IMG/VR virus record: IMGVR_UViG_3300050120_000012
Span: 7,813 to 71,812 of that record
Source: a virus
Length of the DNA: 64,000 nucleotides
Direction: 5' to 3' (one strand)
In this document: one piece after another, positions 56,944 through 64,000 of the stretch
Layout of the letters: each line of letters opens with the position of its first letter
How positions within the stretch are numbered: the first letter of the stretch is position 1
Notes under the pieces: model-generated
Databases searched by the model: none
What the model saw: the letters and a program-made list of their open reading frames with translations, nothing else
Told to the model about the DNA's origin: nothing
Translations under genes and position numbers: made by a program

Positions 56944-59457
56944 ATGTCAATTTCGGGTCCAACATCTCTGCTACCCAAGCCAAGCCAGCTTACCGCATAT
57001 GGTCAGGCGAATTGGCAGTATGTACGACTCCACCATTGGTCTGAGACGAAGACCCTTCCGCCCAACGCCAAGGGTGAAGTGAAGGTGATGAAATTGGGGA
57101 AGGCCCCCATCGGGAAGAAGTGGACGCTCAACGGCGTCGATCTCGAAAAAGCCGTGGCGCACGCAAACATGGGGAAGAATGTCGGCGCGCTCATCCCCAA
57201 AGGATGGGCCGTTCTCGACATCGATCCACGCAACTTTCCGAAGGGGCGCAAGGTATGGAATGAGTTCTGTACCGCGATGGGGATTGACGAAACTGAATTG
57301 CCGTTGGTGGTCACAGGTTCGAAGGGCCGTCACTACTTCGTTAGAATCCCGGAAGACTTCAAAGGTTCCGTAGGGCATCCCGACTATCCGGGTGTCGAGT
57401 TCAAGCAAAATGGCGCGCAAGTCGTCACAGCCGGGTCCATCCATCCCGATACACAGGGCTACTATATGTGGGCGGAAGGCCGTCCCGCTATGGAAGACGC
57501 GCCGATGGCCCCGGACACGGTTCTGGAGCTATTCAAGATCAAAGCGCCAACGCTCGGCGGCGCACGCGGATCAGGATCATGGAACTCCCTGACGCTGGAG
57601 CAAATCGACGAAGCTCTTGCGGCGCTAGACGCGACCAAGTTTCGCGATCAGGACGAATGGTTCGGACTCATGTGTTCCGTACACTGGCTATCCGGTGGCG
57701 AGGGACGCGAGAACTGGATTGAGTGGTCCACCAGCGATCCCTCATATGAGGACCACCGCGAAATTATTGAGATGCGGTGGGACTCCCTTGGCCGCGATAA
57801 CGATTCGAACGCCTTGGTCGCGAAAGGCGGTTTGCTGTTCAAAGCCCTCAAAGCGGAGGGCATCTCGCCGGGTGATGCGAAGTGGAAGCTGGACCCGGAT
57901 AAGGACTTCGAAGACTATGACGAAGCTGAAGCTGAGACGGATGCAGCGAACCTCAAGCTAGTCCATGAAGCGATCACCGATAAAATCCAGAAGACCGCTG
58001 GATCACTATTGGAGGCGATGAACAATCGTCACTTCGTTCTATGGCATAAAGCGAAGGTTGTCATCGGGTCCATCGTCAAGGAAGAAGATGACAATGGTGC
58101 AGAGATCACCGTTTACAATTTCACAGACAAGACTTCCTTTGGGACCTTCTATGCCAATAAAACCATCAAAGGTCCAGACGGCCCACTACCCGTCTCGGAT
58201 TGGTGGCTGCACCATCCGGGGCGGCTTACCTATAATGGCATGGAGTTCCGACCTGACAGGACGCCCGGTGCTTACATTAACCCTCAGAATGAGAAGATTC
58301 TGAACCAATGGACCGGATGGGCGCTGAAGCCAAAGAAGGGTGATTGGTCACTCTTCAAAGACCTGATCGACAAGACGATCTGCGGAGAAGACCCGGCCAA
58401 GATAGAATATATCTATAAGTGGTTCGCCAAAGCCTATCAGAAGCCGGATGGCCCAATCGGTACGGCGATGGCGATCAATGGTCTGAAGGGTACAGGTAAG
58501 ACCACCGTATGGGAAGTCTTCAGCGCACCGTTTGGATCGTCGCACGCCATGGCGACATCACGGATGAGCGAAGTCTTCGGGGACTTCAACGGTCGGATGA
58601 TGGGTAAGATGGCCCTCTTGATCGAAGAAGCCCTCTTTGCCGCGTCCAAGACATCGAACGCCATTCTGAAGGACACCATCACAGGCGGCAAGGTGTCCAT
58701 CAATGAGAAGTTCCTACCCGCATACTCACAGAAGAATTTCCTCCGCATCCTGATCTTCACGAACAACGATCATATCGTGGAAGCGACGGAAGATGAACGC
58801 CGGTTCTTCGTTACCCGCGCGCTAACCAATCGGAAGTACGATCCGGGTTTCTGGAAAGCCCTTCGTAAGCAAATGTTTGAAGAAGATGGAGTTGCGGCCT
58901 TCTTCCACGATATGCTAGAGATGGACATCACAGGCTTTGATGCCTTTCACGATATGCCGCGAACGAAGGAATTGCTGGAGCAAATCAACATCACGCGGGG
59001 CGCGACCCTCGATTGGCTTGCCGAGAAGTTTGACTCTGGCGAAGACCAATTCGGGTACGCATGGAAAAATGCCAAGCAAGAGTTCATCCTGCCAATCCAT
59101 GAAATGTGGATGGACTTCGCCATGTGGCAGAAGAACCAATCTCACGCCCGGTACGACAATCCAATCAAGTCACAGTCAGGGTTCAGCCGCGAGCTAAAGC
59201 GCGTCTTCGATGAACTGGCGCTCACCACCGCCAGCGTCCCGGCCGAGTTCGCAGCATTCGAGATCAAGTCTCACGAACAGGTGGTCAATAACAAGACCTA
59301 CCAAATCGCCAAGGTTTATAGGTTTCACAGCTACGCAGAGTTTGAAGGTACATTCCGCAAGCGGTATGGACTAGAGATGCCGGATTACGATCCATCACAT
59401 GACGAAGCGGACGATGAGCCTGACTTCGGCACAGAAGACGAATGGGACATCATATGA
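56944..59457 (+). CDS. primase-helicase (bifunctional Prim-Pol, PriCT-2, DUF5906-like NTPase) ending EPDFGTEDEWDII
   Basis: GKAP, NVG..LDIDPRN, TGS.GRHY, GSIHP, EWS...Y...W.S, GTGKTT and N....I.TN..DERRF motifs. Confidence 0.92.
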   Translation: MSISGPTSLLPKPSQLTAYGQANWQYVRLHHWSETKTLPPNAKGEVKVMKLGKAPIGKKWTLNGVDLEKAVAHANMGKNVGALIPKGWAVLDIDPRNFPKGRKVWNEFCTAMGIDETELPLVVTGSKGRHYFVRIPEDFKGSVGHPDYPGVEFKQNGAQVVTAGSIHPDTQGYYMWAEGRPAMEDAPMAPDTVLELFKIKAPTLGGARGSGSWNSLTLEQIDEALAALDATKFRDQDEWFGLMCSVHWLSGGEGRENWIEWSTSDPSYEDHREIIEMRWDSLGRDNDSNALVAKGGLLFKALKAEGISPGDAKWKLDPDKDFEDYDEAEAETDAANLKLVHEAITDKIQKTAGSLLEAMNNRHFVLWHKAKVVIGSIVKEEDDNGAEITVYNFTDKTSFGTFYANKTIKGPDGPLPVSDWWLHHPGRLTYNGMEFRPDRTPGAYINPQNEKILNQWTGWALKPKKGDWSLFKDLIDKTICGEDPAKIEYIYKWFAKAYQKPDGPIGTAMAINGLKGTGKTTVWEVFSAPFGSSHAMATSRMSEVFGDFNGRMMGKMALLIEEALFAASKTSNAILKDTITGGKVSINEKFLPAYSQKNFLRILIFTNNDHIVEATEDERRFFVTRALTNRKYDPGFWKALRKQMFEEDGVAAFFHDMLEMDITGFDAFHDMPRTKELLEQINITRGATLDWLAEKFDSGEDQFGYAWKNAKQEFILPIHEMWMDFAMWQKNQSHARYDNPIKSQSGFSRELKRVFDELALTTASVPAEFAAFEIKSHEQVVNNKTYQIAKVYRFHSYAEFEGTFRKRYGLEMPDYDPSHDEADDEPDFGTEDEWDII

Positions 59458-60314
59458 GTATCAAGGCCGTCGTTATCGAAGACTCCATCTCTGCCATTGA
59501 TGGCAAGCGTCTAACCACCCTCCAGCTTCGATACCCTCGGTTCATCCATGCGGAGTTCATGACGCACCGCATCTTCAGTCGCAATGCGTCGTCGAGCCGC
59601 GCCATCCCGGTAAGCCGTCTGATCCAAGACATCATTGACGATCCTGCGGAGCCGGTGAAGTGGGGAACCAATCGTCCGGGGATGCAAGCCGGGGAAGAGA
59701 TGCGCGGGCTGGAGCTTGCGTCTGCTAAGGCGTACTGGCGTGAAGACCGGGAACACAGCATCCTCATGGCGCGAGCCTTGGACGGCTGTGGAGCGTCAAA
59801 GCAACTCGTCAACCGTCTGATCGAAAACCACGGACATATCAACGTCGTCTGCACCGCAACGGAGTTTGCCAACTGGTTTGCTCTGCGGAACCATTGGATG
59901 GCTGATCCGACTATCGAAGCTCTGGCGATAGCTATGTGGAATGCGATGGAGGATTCGAAGCCGGTGGAGCTTGGGCGGCGCGATTGGCATACACCCTACG
60001 TCAACGCGGCCAAGGAAGATTTGGACCGGCGCGAGGCGATCCTATGCTCCGTCGCCCGATGCGCCCGCGTGAGCTATTTGACGCACGATTTGGTGAAGCC
60101 CAAGGTCGAAAACGACTTGCGCCTAGCACACGATCTAGTAGGTTCGACGCCGAAACACGCAAGCCCTGCGGAACACCAAGCCCGGCCTCTAGCTGAAGGC
60201 GAGGGTGAGAAGCGGTTTGTGGATGGCGCTGATCTCCCGACCGGCAACTGGATAAAGAACTTCAACGGCTGGCGCATGTACCGCGCCGACATAGCAGATG
60301 AGACGGTTTGGTGA
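59454..60314 (+). CDS. thyX: flavin-dependent thymidylate synthase
   Basis: PRFIHAEFMTHR.FSRNASSSRAIP, F.LR, S.ARCARVSY and HASP.EH motifs. Confidence 0.9.
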   Translation: MSIKAVVIEDSISAIDGKRLTTLQLRYPRFIHAEFMTHRIFSRNASSSRAIPVSRLIQDIIDDPAEPVKWGTNRPGMQAGEEMRGLELASAKAYWREDREHSILMARALDGCGASKQLVNRLIENHGHINVVCTATEFANWFALRNHWMADPTIEALAIAMWNAMEDSKPVELGRRDWHTPYVNAAKEDLDRREAILCSVARCARVSYLTHDLVKPKVENDLRLAHDLVGSTPKHASPAEHQARPLAEGEGEKRFVDGADLPTGNWIKNFNGWRMYRADIADETVW

Positions 60315-60946
60315 CTTACGGGGTATCCGCTACTGGAGGCAACCCCGAAGCGGGACGGCGTGAGGCGGACTTCTACTCGACGCCCGAAGACGCCACCGAA
60401 GCGGCATCATATGGCATACCCGGTCTGGATAAAATGACCGGCGTTTGGGAGTGTGCGTGCGGCGATGGACGACTTGCGAAAGTTCTGGAGAAGCGTCGGC
60501 CCGGTTGGAAGATGGCTGCTACCGATCTCTTTGATCGCTCTTATGGTGTGGGAGGGGTGGACTTCCTGACGGCTGAGTGGCCCGACGATCTGGATAAAGA
60601 CTCGACGGTCATCTTCACCAATCCACCCTTCAGTCTATCCGAACAGTTCATCCGCCGCGCGTTGTCCCATGACGTTGCGATGGTGGTCATGTTCAGCAAG
60701 TCCACATACTATCATGCCGATGTTCGACGCAGCTTCTTCGAAGAGATGGCTCCCCAATACAAATACGATCTTACCTTTCGTGTGGACTTCTCCGGCCAAG
60801 GAAGACCAACGATGGAATGCTCTTGGCTGGTATGGGTTCGTGACGCAGACGATCCGAACATATGCCAGCTTCGACTACTGCCACGTTCGCCGCTTATGCC
60901 TTCGCGTAAGCTCGCCTTAACCGATGAAGATTGGGACATATTATGA
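60311..60946 (+). CDS. DNA amino-methyltransferase (N6A/N4C type) ending DEDWDIL
   Basis: DFYSTP, WECACGDG (SAM binding), DFL and TNPPF catalytic motif. Confidence 0.85.
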   Translation: MTYGVSATGGNPEAGRREADFYSTPEDATEAASYGIPGLDKMTGVWECACGDGRLAKVLEKRRPGWKMAATDLFDRSYGVGGVDFLTAEWPDDLDKDSTVIFTNPPFSLSEQFIRRALSHDVAMVVMFSKSTYYHADVRRSFFEEMAPQYKYDLTFRVDFSGQGRPTMECSWLVWVRDADDPNICQLRLLPRSPLMPSRKLALTDEDWDIL

Positions 60947-62910
60947 ACTACGTTGAAGGTCCGTCACCCCGCGCACAGATCACAGCCCGTCGCACCTACA
61001 ACCGTCCGCTGGACGCTGAAGGCACGGTCTTTGAGACGTGGGAGCAAACCATTGACCGCGTGATCGGACATCAACGCTGGCTTTGGGAACGGGCGCTTGG
61101 CGAAACCCTCAACGAAGAACAAGAGCAAGAGCTTTCCGATCTGAAGACGCTCATGGTGGACCGCAAGGTATCGGTCTCCGGTCGCACCCTCTGGCTTGGT
61201 GGGACTGACATTGCCAAGCGCCGGGAAGCCTCACAATTCAACTGTTCGTTCCTCCGCGTCGAGACCGTCTCTGACATCGCGGACGGCTTCTGGCTTCTCT
61301 TGCAGGGTTGCGGCGTTGGCTTCGAACCGATCCCCGGCACGCTCAACGGCTTTGCGAAGCCGCTGGAGATCGAAATCGTCCCATCCACCCGGACAGGCAA
61401 GGGCGGTCACGAACACAATAAAGAGACGATCAAGAAAGGCGTCTGGACGATCAAGGTTGGTGACAGCGCCGCCGCATGGTCCAAAGTCCCGGCAAAGATT
61501 CTCGCCAATAAGAACAGCGCCCACAAGCTGGTGATCGACTTCTCCGAAGTTCGTCCGGCTGGAGAACGCTTGGCCGGTTATGGCTGGATCAGTTCCGGCT
61601 ATGAAGGCTTCGCCAAAGCCTTGACTGCGATCTGCGCCATCCTCAATCGGAAGTCCGGTCAAATCCTCAACCGGATCGACATTCTGGACATCATGAATTG
61701 GCTCGGGACGACTCTCTCATCCCGGCGGTCTGCGGAGATTTGCGTTGTACCGTGGGGTGATCCAGAAGCCGAAGCCTTTGCCCGCGCAAAGAAGGACTAC
61801 TTCCCTGACAATGTGCAGCGTGGTCAATCGAATAACTCCCTACTCTTCTATGAACGTCCGACGAAGTACGAACTCGCCTACGTCTTCAATATGATGGAGA
61901 AGTCCGGCGGTTCTGAGCCCGGCTTCATCAATGCAGCGGCGGCCTATAAGCGTGCGCCGTGGTTCAAGGGCTGCAATCCCTGTGCCGAAATTCTACTCGG
62001 AAATAAGTCCTTCTGCAACTTGGTCGAAGTTTGCCTTCCCAAGTTCAACGGCCAAGGTCTCCAGCTATTGGAAGCTATTCGCCTAGCAGCGCGGGCGAAC
62101 TATCGTCAAACCTGTGTCGATCTCCGCGATGAAATCCTTCAAACGTCGTGGCATGAACTGAACCAATTCCTCCGTCTCTGCGGCATCGGCATGACGGGGA
62201 TTGTATCGTGGGAGTTCGACGGCAATGCGCAGTCGATCCGTCAGCTTCGCAAGGCTGCTCATGAAGGTGCGGATTCGATGGCTGATGAGCTTGGCCTTCC
62301 CCGGTCCAAAGCCAAGACGACTATCAAGCCCTCGGGTACGTTGTCAAAGGTGATGGACTGCGCTGAAGGCATCCACAAGCCGAACGGTCGCTACATCATC
62401 AACAATATGAACTTCAGCAAGCATGATCCGATCATCCCCTTGCTGAAGGCCGCCGGTTACAGGGTGTGGGAGAACCCGGTGGACGACATGAATGTCTTGG
62501 TGTCCTTCCCGGTCGCCTATGAGAATATCGAGTTCGAAACCGTCAACGGCGTTCCTGTGAACCTCGAACCGGCGGTCTCTCAGCTTGAACGCTACAAAAT
62601 GTGGATGGATAACTACGTCGATCACAACTGTTCAATCACGATCTCCTATGACTCTTCCGAAGTCGAAGCCATCATCGAATGGCTCATGGAGAACTGGAGC
62701 CACTACGTCGGTGTGAGCTTCATCTATCGAAACGATCCGACCAAGACTGCGGAAGACCTTGGCTACAAGTATCTTCCGCAGGAAGTCGTCACCGAAGAGA
62801 TTTACAGCGCCTACGCCTCAACGCTGTTGCCGGTTGACTTAGAGAAGGCGAACTCGTTTGATGAGATTATCGCGGACGAATGCGCGACCGGAGCATGTCC
62901 CATCAAATGA
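60943..62910 (+). CDS. nrdJ: class II (B12-dependent) monomeric ribonucleotide reductase
   Basis: GR.LW.GGT, FNC, NPCAEI, TTIKPSGT and C-terminal ECATGACPIK; no small-subunit gene in the window. Confidence 0.9.
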   Translation: MNYVEGPSPRAQITARRTYNRPLDAEGTVFETWEQTIDRVIGHQRWLWERALGETLNEEQEQELSDLKTLMVDRKVSVSGRTLWLGGTDIAKRREASQFNCSFLRVETVSDIADGFWLLLQGCGVGFEPIPGTLNGFAKPLEIEIVPSTRTGKGGHEHNKETIKKGVWTIKVGDSAAAWSKVPAKILANKNSAHKLVIDFSEVRPAGERLAGYGWISSGYEGFAKALTAICAILNRKSGQILNRIDILDIMNWLGTTLSSRRSAEICVVPWGDPEAEAFARAKKDYFPDNVQRGQSNNSLLFYERPTKYELAYVFNMMEKSGGSEPGFINAAAAYKRAPWFKGCNPCAEILLGNKSFCNLVEVCLPKFNGQGLQLLEAIRLAARANYRQTCVDLRDEILQTSWHELNQFLRLCGIGMTGIVSWEFDGNAQSIRQLRKAAHEGADSMADELGLPRSKAKTTIKPSGTLSKVMDCAEGIHKPNGRYIINNMNFSKHDPIIPLLKAAGYRVWENPVDDMNVLVSFPVAYENIEFETVNGVPVNLEPAVSQLERYKMWMDNYVDHNCSITISYDSSEVEAIIEWLMENWSHYVGVSFIYRNDPTKTAEDLGYKYLPQEVVTEEIYSAYASTLLPVDLEKANSFDEIIADECATGACPIK

Positions 62911-63014
62911 ACCCCTTGGCTCTTCAGATCATCATCCACGTTGTATCCCTTGTCGCGGTGATCTGTTTATGGGAAGGTGCTAAGCGGGCTTTCTTTGGTG
63001 GCAAGAGCCTCTAG
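62907..63014 (+). CDS. 35 aa single-TM peptide
   Basis: Hand-translated MNPLALQIIIHVVSLVAVICLWEGAKRAFFGGKSL; GGAG upstream, ATGA coupling. Confidence 0.5.
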   Translation: MNPLALQIIIHVVSLVAVICLWEGAKRAFFGGKSL

Positions 63015-63089
63015 CATTCGGCTCGGGTGTGGACTAGCATCTGATCCGCCGGGCCTTTGGCCCCTTCTCAGCCTTTGGAGCCAAACCCT

Positions 63090-63449
63090 ATGACCGTGAC
63101 CCCTACCATCTATCTGATCTCGCGCACCCCGCAAGGCGATGGCCCCGAAGGCTTCGTTGACGGCGTGAGCGCCGTCCTCATCAACCTCGACTCCGCCGTC
63201 GCCACCAGCGCCGCCCTCCAGAAGGCCGAAGCGGTGAAGATGTGCAACGCCACCAAGTCCACCACCGGAACCTATGAAGACCTTCAAGGCGCGAACGTCC
63301 CGGCGCAGTTCCCCGACAACTACTTCGACACGGTGCAGGAGATCGGCCTCGCCGCCGGGGGCGTTCTGGCGACGACCCTCAATACGGGGATCATCTTCCA
63401 AGACGTGAATTTCGGCGCCGTCTCTGCGATCCAAGCCGCCGTCACCTAA
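63090..63449 (+). CDS. hypothetical protein, possibly an abundant virion-associated protein
   Basis: GGAG RBS; C/G-ending codon bias like the MCP; two hairpins downstream. Confidence 0.75.
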   Translation: MTVTPTIYLISRTPQGDGPEGFVDGVSAVLINLDSAVATSAALQKAEAVKMCNATKSTTGTYEDLQGANVPAQFPDNYFDTVQEIGLAAGGVLATTLNTGIIFQDVNFGAVSAIQAAVT

Positions 63450-63477
63450 CTAACCCGGTCTAGGCCGGACTTTTTTA

Positions 63478-63514
63478 GCCCCCGTCAGATTCACTCTGGC
63501 GGGGGCTTTCGTTT
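63478..63514 (+). terminator. intrinsic terminator
   Basis: AGCCCCCGTCAGA-TTCAC-TCTGGCGGGGGCT-TTCGTTT. Confidence 0.75.
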
Positions 63515-63648
63515 GTCACATGATCTGTCTATGATCTCCGCGCCGCTGGAGCATTCTCATGAAGTTTCCTTACATCTTTGACATAAGCGAAGCCCTTGGC
63601 GAAATCCTCGGTAACACACGTCAACTCCTGAAGATAGGACTGAAGACC

Positions 63649-64000
63649 ATGGCCGAACTCGACGATTTGAACTCCGCCCTCACCGATCTCGAAACCTCGA
63701 ACACCGAATCGATGGACACCATCGAATCGGAACTCGCCACGATCCTCGCCGGATCGACCGGCCCGAACCCTGACGCCGCTGGCATCGAAGCTGGTGTGAC
63801 CCGCATCCGTGCGGTGATCGCTGCGCAGAAGAAGGCCATGGCCGACGTGGTGGCCGCCACCAGCCCGCCCGCGCCCGCTGCGGCGGCTCTGGCCCTCGCC
63901 ACGACCGAACTGGACGGCGCAGTCGTCGGACAGCCCTACACCGGCTCCCTGTCGATCTCCGGGGGCACAGCGCCCTATACGGTGAGCGCCAGCGCCGACG
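63649..64000 (+). CDS. protein with a putative Ig-like (He_PIG-type) domain, truncated at the window edge
   Basis: Hand-translated MAELDDLNSAL...AVVGQPYTGSLSISGGTAPYTV; an alternative in-frame ATG lies at 63559. Confidence 0.7.
   Translation, partial: MAELDDLNSALTDLETSNTESMDTIESELATILAGSTGPNPDAAGIEAGVTRIRAVIAAQKKAMADVVAATSPPAPAAAALALATTELDGAVVGQPYTGSLSISGGTAPYTVSASAD

Noticed and set aside
62282-62290. Second CTGATGAG hammerhead core
   Set aside because: It lies inside nrdJ (codons A-D-E), and I found no stem II followed by GAAA.
44848-62910. YuA/M6-type thymidine hypermodification cluster
   Set aside because: Despite the YuA-like virion genes, this window has ThyX and a dNMP kinase but no recognisable dUMP hydroxymethylase or hypermodification enzymes. 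They could lie outside the window.
1-64000. tRNA genes, integrase/att sites, introns or inteins, GANTC bias
   Set aside because: No cloverleaf, recombinase or split or oversized core gene was seen by eye. Motif-avoidance statistics cannot be counted reliably without computation.

Overview
The window is a 64 kb piece of a lytic tailed dsDNA phage (siphovirus). Its YuA/M6-like major capsid and major tail proteins suggest a Mesyanzhinovviridae-like virion module. A GapR/DUF2312 homolog and CtrA-box-like sites point to an alphaproteobacterial, probably Caulobacterales, host. Layout: 1-11.1 kb, minus-strand small accessory genes including a small protein-kinase-like gene. 11.1-11.9 kb, non-coding control region. 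11.9-13.7 kb, short plus-strand cassette of small genes. 14.2-44.5 kb, packaging, head, tail and a split lysis set. 44.3-56.9 kb, minus-strand replication genes (nuclease, dNMP kinase, SNF2 helicase, family A polymerase, GapR, SSB, Cas4-like exonuclease, Dda/RecD-like helicase, MazG-like). 56.9-64 kb, plus-strand primase-helicase, ThyX, DNA methyltransferase and class II RNR. No integrase, tRNA, rRNA or CRISPR array was seen. Four signals stand out: (1) a complete type III hammerhead ribozyme at 11854-11930 whose stem III covers the RBS and start codon of the first gene of the cassette; (2) directly upstream of it, a 17-bp-periodic array of TTAA-N7-TTAA (CtrA-like) boxes; (3) five unrelated proteins that all end in the acidic tail [DE]-W-D-I-[LI]-stop; (4) a 14-nt CCGGTCTAGGCCGG hairpin repeated in five intergenic spacers, always oriented with transcription. 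All product calls come from motif recognition and gene order, not from database searches.
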